From Octopus vulgaris (taxonomy: Eukaryota), in contig OX597825.1 in NCBI GenBank assembly GCA_951406725.2, forward strand, positions 35,154,001 through 35,218,000: 64,000 nucleotides of DNA, given 5' to 3'. Position 1 is the stretch's first letter, and every line of letters begins with the position of its first letter. Of this stretch, positions 41,594-56,135 are shown piece after piece. The position numbers were made by a program, and so were the translations under genes. The notes below the pieces were generated by a model. That model was given only the letters and a program-made list of their open reading frames with translations, did no database searches and was not told where the DNA came from.

Positions 41594-41988
41594 GATTTCT
41601 TTTTTTTTTTTTAATCTTTCTTTAATTTACAATTCCTTACAATTATAATACAATTATTGTTTCAAATTTAATAATTGTTTTTTTTTTTCTTTTTCTGCAA
41701 GAAAATTCATTTTCATTTCAATACGTTCACTTCATTATCTTCAATTTTTTTTCATTATTTTTCATTTATGCTACCACCACCACCACCACCATCATCATCA
41801 TCATTATCGAAACCGTCCGTGAAATCCCCAGCATCATTATCAGCATCATGGGTATAGTGAAACTAATTCCAACACTTCCTTGTTTTCTTTCTCTGGCATT
41901 TTACAAGTCTAATGTTGACACTAGTTTGCACTTTTCTATATATACATATCTTATAATTAATATCATTAGAATATTTCTATTATTATTA

Positions 41989-42035
<47 letters not shown>

Positions 42036-42588
42036 GAGTGAGAGAGCAGTTCATGCCATCAAAGTGACACTGGGGTAAAATATACGAAGCCCAATATACC
42101 CATCATGACTACCCGTCTGATAAAGGTACACCAGGCACATGCATCACAACCATATGTGCGCGACATGGTGATCTCATATCAAGATAAACAGCACATGACC
42201 TTGCAGGTGGGGCCCAATTAGAATTTTCTTCAGGTTGAGTAGCCCATCCCACTCAAAAGGTCCCTGAGTAAGGGTTGTTTAAGGATGTTGAAAGAACCAC
42301 CCATGTTTCCAGAGGTGAATTATTCAAACCCCAAAGAATCCCTCTCAACACATGGCTATGATGCTCCCCCACTACTTCTGCTCGTGATCAGAGATGCACA
42401 TATCGTCAGCCACTAAGGGACATGCTCAACTGGTTAAAGTCAAACAACTGACAAGCAAATCTGTGGTATTGAGCAGAATATTTGCTGTAGCCCATCTTTT
42501 ATACCAAGACAAAACAATGTACATGATAACACTTCCAATCAGTTAAGATCAGAAGCCATGAGAGCCACTGCCTGGTACTGCATCAGGG

Positions 42589-42590
<2 letters not shown>
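42036..42590. mobile_element. About 550-bp dispersed element inserted in (TTA)n; truncated copy at 58306-58435
   Basis: Flanked by (tta)n on both sides; its last ~130 bp recur at 58306, again followed by (tta)n. Confidence 0.75.
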
Positions 42591-42628
<38 letters not shown>

Positions 42629-42779
42629 TACCGTTACATTGTGCCGTTTTTGTTTGTTTTTGATCTGGCTTGTAAATGCCGTTTCAATTTTAACGTGGCT
42701 GCCAATTTAAATGTCACTGGCTCTGCGCCTGCCACCACGCCAGTAAGTATGTACATACTTGCATATATATCTGTGTGTT

Positions 42780-42815
<36 letters not shown>

Positions 42816-42822
42816 TGTGTGT

Positions 42823-42854
<32 letters not shown>

Positions 42855-43117
42855 ATTTCAGTGTGTATGTGTTTGCTTGAGTGTGTATCTTGTTGAAGAT
42901 AAAATATTTTGTCTGCCAGTGTGTTGTTGACAGGAACTAAAACACACATATATATATATTTATATATATATATATATACATACAATATGAAATAGCTTCA
43001 AAGATCTTAAATATCAGCGTGATGCTGCAAGCGGAGTGTGTCAGCGGGAATTCGTCGTTACCTATTATTGATCAATTTGCAATATCTGCCTCTAGAGAAT
43101 TCCAGTTATTATTTTTA

Positions 43118-43263
<146 letters not shown>

Positions 43264-43269
43264 TAACAC

Positions 43270-43666
43270 TGTGAGCTAGCAAAATCGTTAGCGCGCCCCG
43301 GGTTATATGTTTAGCGGTATTTCGCCCGTCTTTACGTTCCGAGTTCAAATTCCGCCGAGGTCGGCTTTGCCTTTCATCCTTTTGGAAATTGGTGTAATCG
43401 AATTATCCCCTTCCCCGAAATTGCTGGCCTTGTGCCAAAATTTGAAATGAATGTTAGCGGCGAGTTGGCAAAATCGTTAGCAAGCCGGGCAAAATGCTTA
43501 GCGGCATTTCGTCCGTCTTCACGCTCTGAGTTCAAATTCCACCGAGGTCGACTTTGCCTTTCATCTTTCCTGGGTCAATGAAACAAATACCAGTTAAATA
43601 CTGGGGCGGGGATGTAATCGACTTGTCCCCTCCCCTGAAATTTTTGACCTTGTACCAAAATTTGAA

Positions 43667-43668
<2 letters not shown>
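43270..43668 (+). mobile_element. SINE family B, tandem dimer
   Basis: Two heads (about 43270 and 43457), each with gagttcaaattcc. Confidence 0.85.
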
Positions 43669-43717
<49 letters not shown>

Positions 43718-43867
43718 GTTATTGTTATTATTATTATTATTGTTATTGTTATTATTATTATTTGTTGTTGTTGTTAGACTATTTCTCTTGCTGCTGCTGC
43801 TGCTACTACTACTGCCACTACTACTACTGCCACTACTATTACTACTACTACTACTACTACTACTACA

Positions 43868-43939
<72 letters not shown>

Positions 43940-44379
43940 GCTACTACTATTCCTACACTGCTATATTTCCGATGCTTTACGCTTGTTCAGCTGTTTTTAC
44001 ACCTAACTTGATTGGTTCTGTTCGCCTGCTTTCACCTGTTTCGTGTGGCAGGCGGAGAAATAACTTTTTTAAGTCGTTGAGCGAGATGCCAACGAGCTAC
44101 TTGTCTTGGTGTAGTTGTTCTTGTTGATTGACTGAGATGACGATGATGAGTGTAACGGTGGTGGTGGTGGTGGTGGTGTTGCTTACGATTATCCTGTAAT
44201 GTTAGCGGGCAGTAGAGATAATAACAGTGATGATAATGATGGTGGTGGTGTTAGTGAGCATGGTAGTGCTGCTACTGCTGCTGTTGCTGCTGCTGCTGCT
44301 GTTAATGATGAGCAAGTAATAGATGTGGTATTACCCGGTTATAATGTTGGAGTCAGTATTATCTCATAATGTAAGATAC

Positions 44380-44425
<46 letters not shown>

Positions 44426-44682
44426 ACAGCAGCAGCAGCAGGAGCCGAATCTTTCCCATAGCTATAGGTCAACACCCTGATCGTCCATAACATGTCATTT
44501 ATGTTGCAGAGCTAGCTGCTATTTCTAGAATATGGAATGACTACATAAAGACCTCCATAAGTGGATCATCGATGTTACTGTTGTAAGGATTATTGGAGGG
44601 GGAAGAGGAAGCTTCAGTGATACGGCCCCGGATAATTTAATAAATAATTAGAAAAGGAGGAGTTGATAAATATGAATTTAAG

Positions 44683-44712
<30 letters not shown>

Positions 44713-44713
<1 letters not shown>

Positions 44714-44859
44714 CGTGTTAGAAGCTTGCTTCCCAATCACATGGTTCCGGGTTCAGTCCCGTTGCGTGGCACATTGGGCAAGTGTCTTCTACTATAGCCT
44801 CGGGCCGACCAAAATCTTGTGAGTGGATTTGGTAAACGGAAACTGAAAAAGGCCCGTCT

Positions 44860-44914
<55 letters not shown>

Positions 44915-45491
44915 TTGTGTTTGTGTTTGTTACCCCACCATCGCTTGACAACCGATGTCGGTGTGTTGTTTATGTTCCCGTAACTTAGTGGTTCGGCAAA
45001 AAAAATCAACAGAATAAGTAATAGGCTTGCAAAGAATAAGCGGTGCTCCAGCATGGCCGCAGTCAAATGACTGAAACAAGTGAAAAATGTATATATGTAT
45101 ATATGCACACGCACACATGCATATATACAAGCTTATACGCACATACGTACACACATACAAATAAATACAGACATACATACACATGCACCCATACATATAC
45201 ACACATATACACATACATACACACATACACATATACGCATGCATATATACACACATATACATATATACGCATGTATACAATAACATATATTCAAATACAT
45301 GCTTTTTAATTGACAACCGATGCTGGTGTGTTTACGTCCCCGTAACTTAGCGGTTCGGCAAAAGAGACCGATAGAATAAGTACTAGGTTTACAAAGAATA
45401 AGTCCTGGGGTCGATTTGCTCGACTAAAAGGTGGTGCTACAGCATGGCCGCAGTCAAATGACTGAAACAAATAAAAGAATAAAAGAAAAGA
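44713..45491 (+). mobile_element. SINE family A copy (44713-45086) plus a second 3' half (45310-45491)
   Basis: Similarity to 14107-14526. Confidence 0.88.
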
Positions 45492-46611
45492 ATGAACGAA
45501 ACTCTTGGCCTTGAGTCACTTAGTAACTTCAGCCGATTAAAAACGCAAATGCAGTTATGTAAATATAAATGCATAAATTTGCCATATGATGTAACATTCT
45601 ATATACCAAGAGACGGTAGGTCGGCAGATTCGGTGGAGCATCAGACGAAATGTACTGAGGTATTTAGTTACCCCTCTTTTCGCCATGCGAAACCCAGCGT
45701 GAGCGACTTTGGCTTTCGTCTTTCAGCATTGGATAACATAAAAGTTGTTATTGATTAATCTCAGTTCAGGCTTGATGGAGAAGCGTTATTATATATATAA
45801 AAAATCTTTCATTTATGACCTTTTTACCCTTATCTCAGGTTCTCCATTATTAGAATCGAGCAAGGCTGAGTATAGTTTTGAGTCTAAAGAATCATAGGGA
45901 TGTTTACTCAGTTACGATGGAGTATAAGTGATCACAACATGCCCCCACTCCCCTCAAGAGGATGCTAAGTCCGTTCATTTATAGCTAAGTGAATTGGAGC
46001 AAGATCAAATGAAGTGTTTTGCTTGTCAATAAAAGTGCACTACCATATCTGGTAATTCGAAATCACGGTCTTGCGAGCGTAAGCTCAACACTAATCCATA
46101 GATCACATACCTTCGAAGACTACATTATGTAAAATACAAATCTGAATGGCAGCGTTTGCTGAGTATTTTATCATTATATTATTGTATTTTTAATGCCAAA
46201 AGCCCTATGACTCTTGGTTACTTGCAACCCGAAACTTTACCTTTAGGTTATAATGATGGTTACTGAAATTATACTTAAATATATTGCTGATTTTTCCCTG
46301 CTCTTAATTTCATTTGCTGTGCAGACAGTATATGCTCCTTTAGAATTGTATAGTTTATGCTACAATCTGGAATCAATCATATTAACATACACATGATATC
46401 AACTTTAACAAAGTAGGAACTGTAGCATGCTAGGTTAAACTGACCCAGGATTGTTGTTTTATTTCCAGCTCTCCTCTGTGTTAGTGAAGTTAGAGTTTTC
46501 TCTCTAATTGTTCTTGTTTAGGTCCATGTCAGCTCTGACCAAAGACGATTTAGTAAACGTAGATGAAAAAAAAGAAGAAGAAAAAAGACGGGTTTCAGAG
46601 ATGACGATCCT

Positions 46612-46958
46612 GTAGTTAAGAAGCTCGCTTTGCAACCATGTAGTTTCGGGTTCAGTCTTACTGCGCAGTACCTTAAGTAAGTGTCAAAAGGAGTTGGGCC
46701 GACCAGCTCCATATGAGTGAACTTGACGAAACTGTGTGAAAGCCCGTCGTCTGTGTGTTTGTCTGTCTTTGTGTTTGTCTCCTTCACAATTCGACAAATA
46801 GTGTTGGTTTAATATCATTCCCGTAACTTAGGGAACAGGCAAAAGAGATCGATAGAAGTACTAGACTAAAAAAATACGTACTGGGGTTGATTTCTTTGAC
46901 TAAATCCTTCAAGGAAATGGCTCAGCATGCCGCAATCCAATGACTGAAGCAAGTAAAT
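46612..46958 (+). mobile_element. SINE family A, old diverged copy
   Basis: gggttcagtc...agcccgtcgt...cccgtaacttag...cagcatgccgcaatccaatgactgaa. Confidence 0.75.
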
Positions 46959-47148
46959 GGTAGCGTATCAAGGATTATATTATGTGTGTCAATTTTAAGA
47001 CAGATGAGTACGATTTGGAAGACATTACGCTGCAATTTCTTGCAGGTCAAGGGATTACATCAAGACTCCTTTGTAGTCTCACAGAGATCTTTTGTTAGCG
47101 TATTGGCTATCTAGTCGTATCACCACTCAGCGTAACTCTTTATTCTTT

Positions 47149-47698
47149 TCTTTTCTACTCTAGACACAAGGCACGAAATTTTTTGTGGGGAAGAGGCCAG
47201 TCGATTAGATCAACTCCAGTACGCAACTGGTACTTAATTTATCGACCCTGAAAGAATGAACGTAAAGACAAACAAAATACCTATTTCTTTACTACCCACA
47301 AGGGGCTAAATACAGAGAAAATAAACAAGGACAAACAAACGGATTAAGTCGATTACATCGACCCCAGTGCGTAACTGGTACTTATTTAATCGACCTCGAA
47401 AGGATGAAAGGCAAAGTCAACCTCGGCGGAATTTGAACTCAGAACGCAACGGCAGACGAAATACCTATTTATATACTATCCACAAGGGGCTAAACACAGA
47501 GAGGACAAACAAGGACAGACAAACGGATTAAGTCGATTATATCGACCCCAGTGCGTAACTGGTACTTATTTAATCGACCCCGAAAGGATGAAAGGCAAAG
47601 TCGACCTCGGCGGAATTTGAACTCAGAACGTAGCGGCAGACGAAATATCGCTAAGCATTTCGCCCGGCGTGCTAACGTTTCTGCCAGTTCGTTGCCTT
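47149..47698 (-). mobile_element. SINE family B with triplicated body
   Basis: Three repeats of aactggtactt...atcgacc. Confidence 0.9.
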
Positions 47699-48014
47699 TA
47701 GCGAAACCTTTATTTTGCAAACTTTAGGTACCTCGAAGGAGTTGATAGCTTCGAGAAACATGTTCAAGCCCTGATCTTAATTTATTTTATTTAATTATGC
47801 GTCACAATGTATGTGAAAAAACTATGATATATAATTGTAAACATACTTAGAGGAAGTGTAAAAATTGATTCAGGATTACGCTTCAAGAACTTTCGTTTTC
47901 AGGATACGTAGAGATTGTTATGGCCGAGAAAGTTGTTGACTCATAATGTTATATATGGAGTAGACGAGTGTTTACTTCTTTCACGGAGGAAACGTATGCA
48001 CGCACATACACGTT

Positions 48015-48367
<353 letters not shown>

Positions 48368-49826
48368 CATATATATACATATACACGCATGTATGTGCTT
48401 TATGCGTATATATACATATACAAGTATGTATATATGTTTTATGCATATACATACATACATACACACACATATATTTCTTGCTAACCATAGAACTAGAGGA
48501 TGGTCATCTTCAGTTGATGAAAGTAGTTTTTAAGAAGCACCACCGACAGAGGATGAAGCCTTACTAATGACCGGTGAATCTTGACTGCGCGTTTGTGCTA
48601 CACACCTCACCGCGTGCGCTCACGAATGAAGAAACTACGGAAATAGAATTATTTCACCACCGTGGACATATGTAATATCTTGATCTCCATAACGATAGCC
48701 CGTCCCCAACCCGAGATCCCACATTCATGGTCCGCATTGCGAGAGAAGATACTAGCACTATTGTGTCTTAGAACGGTATTAAGAGTGGAGGACACATTCC
48801 CCAGTATTACTAAAGAAGATAGATCCAGTGGCAATGATGACTCAAGTCGATTGATACCGTCTCTCAAATGCAGGATGTTGCTAGATATCTCACCTGTTAC
48901 AAATAGTCCTAAATGTAACCGTTACTAATTGTTTTTCTGTTGTAGTGTACTCCCTGAGCTTTGCTCTTTCTGGACCCATACACAACACTGCTTAGTCATG
49001 CATACAGGTCACCTCCACCACTTTTAAGGAGCTTTATCAATCTTTCTCAGAGACAGATGTTCTCATAAAATAAACCGAGGGTCCGTAGCTTATAACGACA
49101 TCTTAGAACCTCTCGTTCACCATCTCGTATATTTCAATATCCCTGTGCTAGATAAGTAACTCATTCATCAGTTTGAAGTTGATGTGATTTGTGCTGAAGT
49201 AATTCCGTTACTCCAATTCGAAATTGGGACAACAACAAACATAATGTATCTAGAATTACATTACCTCGTATGTAATTTCCAAATTAGAATGAAGTGTGTG
49301 CTTTCAAGGAAATGAAAGATCTGATGTTTCTGGTAGACCTGGCGATTGCATAGAAACCATTTCTGCGGCTAGGGGTTGTTGAAGTTGTTGGATGTAATGT
49401 TATTATTGATCTGTGTGTAAATTACATGACTACAATGAAAGAGTAAAGACGTTAGCTTATCCTTACTTATTCATTCCCACATAGGTTTGCTCGTTAGATC
49501 GTAGAGATACTGTAGTACAAGAAGGTCGGACACGCAAGAAGAGAAGTTGGTTTGTTAACAAACTCCAAGGCAACAGAAAAGACAAGGTGAGAAGCAACTG
49601 ATGGACTAGCAAGATAAGGTAGTGTTCTGAACATACATTAGAATATAGAGCACCATTCGATAAGAACGTATAAGAAATAATGATGGCAAAGAAAAACACT
49701 AGTAACGACACTCGTAAATTGACTGTATGCAATTGCATATCTGCAGGCTAGCGGATATCTTTTGACAGACATGAATATATGAAGATATACCACTGATTAT
49801 GGGTACATGCAAACATACAAAAACAT

Positions 49827-49873
<47 letters not shown>

Positions 49874-50007
49874 ATATATATATATATATATATATAAATA
49901 AGTATATATATATATACATACGTATATATATATACACACAAATGTATATATTTTTCATACATACATATGTATATATATATTCATACAAATATACATATAT
50001 ATAAACA

Positions 50008-50105
<98 letters not shown>

Positions 50106-50830
50106 TATGAGGAAGATATGTTTATAAAATCTAGTAAATAATTATAAAATGAACGGGAAGATGATTCATTAGTTGTGAGTTGATATGCTAATATAACAGG
50201 ATCGCAGTTGGAATATTGGAATATCTCATGTGTCTGACTGAATTTATTAACTGAAATACAAGTAACGTCAATGATGTAACTGTAGCAATCAGTTGAACCT
50301 GTGTGTGGTTTTCACTTCAACTAACAGGCAGAAGAAATACGGCGCTAATGATGTGCACGTGCGCACACACACGTATGCACGTGTATACATAAACACACAT
50401 TAGTGACAGTTCGATCTTTTCAATGCTATTTGTGTATTTTTAAACCTTTACAAGTACTTTCATGTTTTACAACACGCTTCAGATTAATGCATGCGTATTG
50501 TCGTTAACAGACTATATAGATTTGCACAATAGTAAATTAGAAACAATACAGTAATGTCATATTCAGTTTGTTAATGCCGCTATATAAATGGTTTCAGATT
50601 ATTTCCACTTTTGTATACAGCGATGCTATCTAGTTTGTTAATGCCTCAACGCATACTTTTATCTGAAATGTGATAAAACATTAACGTACTTATGGAAAGA
50701 TGAAATCAAAAATTAAAATGTGAAAATCTGACTGTCTAAATTCATTTGAATGATATATTTATCTATACATAATGTTACAAATTTACTCGGACTATTCTTT
50801 CTTTTCTCTCCGGACCTTTTCTCTTTCGAC

Positions 50831-50865
50831 TTTCTGACGAAGAGCCATCCGCGAAACGTCACACA
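50831..50865 (+). ncRNA. Minimal hammerhead-like motif (CUGACGA-A variant, degenerate stems) inside module 50770-50915
   Basis: ttt CTGACGA A gagccatccgc GAAACGTC aca, followed by ctgagcgtc at 50888. Confidence 0.55.
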
Positions 50866-50958
50866 CCCAGTCTTTTTCCATCTTTAACTGAGCGTCAGCC
50901 TAATATATATATATGTAATAAATCTCTGAACGAGGTATAAACAGTAGCTGCACGACAA

Positions 50959-51370
50959 TGTGAAGTATATTTGCCACTTAAATGTGGCTAACCACTAAGG
51001 GTGGATGCTACTGTAGCTTGTAGCCCCAGGAGAACATCTCCAGTTGGCTATTGACACATTTTCTGTGCCCTGTTAGCATTTGCAAAGGGAAGCCATCCTT
51101 CCCATCGTCGACCTGACGTGATACGCACAGACCCGGGTTTCTGAATATTTATCCGTCGTCAGCGCACGACAATCACCGGTCTTCGATGCGAAGGGGTCCC
51201 AATGCAAATACATATATCCTTTTTCCAGTGACGAAAAGTCACTGATCTTGGAAAAGTGTAAACAAGAAAGTGTATCAATAGCCAACTGGAGAATATGTTC
51301 TGGGGCTACAAGCTACAGTAGCATCCACCTTTAGTGCTTAGCCACATTTAAGTGGCAAATATACTTCACA
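50959..51370. mobile_element. MITE/foldback element with about 105-bp terminal inverted repeats
   Basis: 50959-51064 versus 51265-51370; about 200-bp unique spacer. Confidence 0.85.
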
Positions 51371-51467
51371 CACACACACACACACATATATATATGTATA
51401 TATGTATAATGGATAATAAAACGAATGGTTTATGCCGGGTACCTTACTGGTAAAGCACGGACAAACA

Positions 51468-51800
51468 TGCTTCCGGGTTCAGTCCCACTGCATGTCACCT
51501 TGGGCACCAAAGCCTTGTGAATGGATTTGGTTGATGAAACTGTATGGAAGCTTGTCGTATATGTGTATGTGTGTTTGTTCCTCTTTTATTTTATCACGGT
51601 AGGGTAAGATTTGAGGAGAAAATTTGCAGGCTAGGTTGTGTGACGAAGGAGCCTCTTCCTTGTTGGCTTGTGTAATTTTAATATTTTCCTTTGGATAGGA
51701 TTTCATTACAAACGCGCAGGCGCTCACATAATGTCTGCATACACACACACACACACACATATGTATACGTATATGTGTGTGTATAAATAAATAAATAAAC

Positions 51801-51895
<95 letters not shown>

Positions 51896-52172
51896 CATTA
51901 TGTGAGTGCATGCGATTTGTAATAGAATCCTATCCCAAGGAAAATACTAAGATTAGACAAGCCAACAAGGAAGTGGTTCCTTCGTCACTGAACCTAACCT
52001 GCAAATTCCCTCCTCGGCGTTTATGTATCCAAAACTTAGCGGTTGGGCAAAAGGTGACAGATAGAATAAGTACTAGATTTTAAAACAAAGTTCTGGTGTC
52101 AATTTGCTCGACTAAACACTTTAAGGTGGTGCTCGGACATGGCCACAGTGTGATAACCGAAACAAAAAGATA
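51468..52172 (+). mobile_element. SINE family A copy interrupted by a foldback element
   Basis: 5' part gggttcagtcccactgc...; 3' part aacttagcggtt...ggtggtgctcggacatggcc. Confidence 0.75.
51613..52015. mobile_element. Foldback element: about 127-bp inverted repeats around a (CA)/(TA) microsatellite core
   Basis: 51613-51740 versus 51889-52015, roughly 85% identical by eye. Confidence 0.85.
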
Positions 52173-52723
52173 CAAGTCAGTAGCTTTGTTTACTCATGAA
52201 ATCCATACAGAAACACTTTCTCGTCATTTGTTCCTCACGAGCCAAAATAAATCAACTTTACAGGTGTGGAAACTTAACCTGTGCTGCACCAACAAAGTGC
52301 AGTTATGGTTATTAACATTTATCCTCAAAATTATCATTATGTTATCTAGTCATTTCTACGTGAACACAGTGTTGTACATCACTGTACATCTTTCACGGCT
52401 TAAACGTGAATTAGAATTAGCCACGTTAAAGACCCGAGGGAAAAGCTTTTAATCCGAGTTAATAGCGAGGAAGAGACAGAAGCTTAACGATATGTACTTT
52501 AATATTTATTTATTTATGTGTTTATTAGTATTTTCTCTTTTTTTTTCTTTTAATTTCGAGTTATTGACAACTTTAAGCTGAAGCGAATTGTCTTTCGCGC
52601 ACGCTCACTGCCTCCGGGAAGAGCAGCTTCTCAGGCAGGCTCTTCCAGTGCGCGCGTTCACACATAATCTAAAACCGATTAATAAACGCTAGAGCATGAA
52701 CCACACACACTCACACACATACA

Positions 52724-52776
<53 letters not shown>

Positions 52777-55700
52777 TACACAGACACACACACATGCTCT
52801 CTGTCTCTCTTCTCTCCATAACTCTCGTCATTCATTATAATAACCAAGAAGCTTCCTGTATTTCAATACCATTCATTATTTCTCCTTTCATTCTAGCAAT
52901 ATTTATGAAAGTTTTCTTAAGCGAGAAGGGTGGGGTGGGGGCAAGAAAGTTAACATAATGGAAAGCTTGTTAACGTAATAAACGTAATACATACGTTTAT
53001 TAAGTTATATTCTGTACTAGACATATTGCATAATGCTACTAACTTACTGCTTATTGTAAACGTAATACCGTGTATGCGTTTAGAAGCTTGCTTCCCAACC
53101 ACATGGTTCTGGGCTCAGTCCCACTGCGTGGGGCTTTCTGCAAGTGTCTACTACAATATTGTACGTCGATGTGTATATGTGAGCGTGTAAAAGTTTCTAC
53201 CTACATCAATTATATAAGACCGATTTTAAGTAATGTCTGTAAACGATCAAATGCATTAAAACAGTTAGACTATGAAGTGATAAGAAATCAACCCATTATA
53301 TCACTTCTTTCAGATTTTGGCTTGCGACCAAGCTGGGGCAGCATCTTCAGGCTTTGTGCATTAATTTACTTGTCGAATATATAGATATACTCGTAAGAGA
53401 TCGATAAGTTCAACTGCACTTCAGTGTAAAGTGACTTAACTATTTTTCTTGAGTGCGCCGATTTATTGGAAATTGCTTACAAATGTGCAATATGTGCATG
53501 TGTGTGTGTGTGTGTGTGTGGATATGTGTGTATATATGTGTATGCGTGTGTAGATGTGTGTATTGATATGTATGTGTGTGTAGTGTGGCGTGTGTGTGTG
53601 TATGTAAAATCTCTTGTTTTATAAATATGTGTACTAACGTCCACTACAGTATAAAAGGTTCAATACTAATGCATTTACTTTGAGATTTCGCCATTGCCGG
53701 CTTTGCGAAACACAATTTTCGAAGTCAGTTTCATCAAAATTTCCGTAAGTATTTTATACATACATACATACATACATACATACATACATACATACATACA
53801 TACATACATACATACATACATGTACGTACGTACATACATACATACATACATACATACATACATACATACATACATACATACATACATACACACACACACA
53901 TGTTTGAGTGTGTGCTTACATTAAGAGTTGGCAGTCTACCCAGTTCCGCTCAGTATCTTGCAGGTCATGGAAGTCATAAAGAACCCAGCCGAAGGTGAAA
54001 CCCGGACTAGACTGTAAACATTTGAGATAATATACATATCTATCCACTCTACTCAACGTTTTGAACGCTATATCAAAGGATGTTTGCACTGTAAAACATA
54101 TTATGATATACTTTTACTACACCGATATATTTATATATATGTGTGTGTGTAAGTGTGTCTGCCATTTTGTCTGTGCGCATGCGCGCGCGTGTGTGTGCGT
54201 GCGTGTGTGTATGTATACACAAAAAGCGTTCATATACAATAGCCGTTTACCACATTTAACTCACATGGTATTAACATATGTCGTCGACTATAGAGATCGA
54301 ACCCCTGACACTATATTTATCTGGATGGCAAACGATTTAGTCACACAACTCTCTTTGAACTCCAAACTGTTCATTTATAATTGTGCACTTATGTGCAGAT
54401 TATGTGCACTTAAATCATTCTCAAACAAGAAAATTTTGAAGAGAGAACCAATAAACCAAGATAGATTAAACTGACCCAAGTACTTCTTAAGTACTTATTT
54501 CAGTACTCTGACAGAATGAAGAGTAGAGTTCGTCTCCATGAAATTCGAAACCAAAAGCTAAATTCATGACATTTTGCTCAGCACTCAAGAGATTCTTATA
54601 GTCCTTTTTAATTGTTTAGTTATGGTGGGGGGCAGTATCTATAAGTTTCTGGACGGCTAAGATTGTTGGGAGAAAGGGAAGCAGTTATCCTCGAACAGGA
54701 CAGGTCTGATCCGAATATTTGCCGTAGAGTAGTTTCCGAATAGACGGATTAGGTGCACATAATATTCTGTCGATTCAACGTCCTTGTTTTTTTATTTGTT
54801 TCGTTCATTGGACTGTTATCATACTGGGGTACCGACTTGAAGGATTTTAGTCAAACGAATCAACCTTTAAAGTTTGGTGCTTATTTCATCGGTCTCTTTT
54901 GCCGAACGGCTAGTTTACGGGGACGTAAACAAACCAACATCAAAGAAAGGACTTTGGATAAGGGAGTCACAAACACTCTTAAAAAGACAGGATAGTTATA
55001 GCTATAATACTTTTGAAGATTTTCTGCTCGATCAAGACTGATCTTGGGTTAGACTAAACTATAACTTGTCGATGTTTATACTGCCCTTGTTTTGATTTTC
55101 CTGCGTATGAACATTTGTAGAAGTTTACATATTTCTTTTACTGGCTATAAAATAAAACCACAAAGAGACACGTGAGTAAATTAGATTGGAAGCAGTATTT
55201 TCCAGCAAATATATTGCCTTTTAGTATTTAAACCGGTCATATCGGGCCTACATATTTATGTTCCAGCCTGCCAAATCCAACCTCTCGTGCCTACCCTAAA
55301 ATGCCATTGTAAAAATAAACAATTAGCAAAATCTCGAAGCTACGAGATAATGCATGATTAATTAAAATCAATACAAATAAATAAACGTTACATTTGACAG
55401 AGCAATCTGAATGCTAACAGCTTAGAGAAAGACATCAAAACTCTCAGATATTGGAAGCTTGCTTTAGAGTACCCACGACAAACAATTTTTTTTTATTACT
55501 AGGGCTCACAGCCCCACCAAATTATAGGAGTGTTTGCTTCCTTATTTTAATGGTCAGTGAAGGATTAAGTGCGAATTGGCAGAGGTAGTAGTGTTTTCAG
55601 CTATCTGTACTATAAGGTCGAGGTTGGGTAGGGTCGATAAATAAAATACCAATCAAATACTGGAAAAATTCTTAAATGATGTACGTCATTTAATGGCAAC

Positions 55701-55929
55701 TACCACACTAATTACAATTATTCTTTCTACTATAGATACTAGGCCTGAAAGTTTTAGGGGCGGGATGAAAGGAAGAAAGACAAAATCGGCCTCGGTAGAA
55801 TTTGACCTCAAAATGTTAATTCGGAAGAAATGGCTCAAAACTTTTTGTTTGGAGTGCTAACGATTCTGCCAGCTTGCTGTCTTATACAGTAACTATAATT
55901 AATGATGTCTAATATAAGATCGAAGCCAA

Positions 55930-56135
55930 GGCGGCGAGCTGGCAGAATTGTTAGCACACCGGGCAAAATGCTTAGCAGCATTTCTACCGTCCTTATGTTC
56001 TGAGTTCAAATTCCGTTGGGTTCGACTTTGCCATTCATCCTTTTGCAGTCGATAAAGTAAGCACCAGTTGAGTACTGGGGTCGACGCAATCGACTAGCCC
56101 CTCCCTCGAAATTGCTGGCCTTAAGCCATTTGAAA
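55930..56135 (+). mobile_element. SINE family B
   Basis: ggcggcgagctggcagaattgttagc head. Confidence 0.85.

Noticed and set aside
48540-49200. Possible coding or LINE fragment (balanced base composition)
   Set aside because: No recognisable motif in the frames I read; a translated search is needed.
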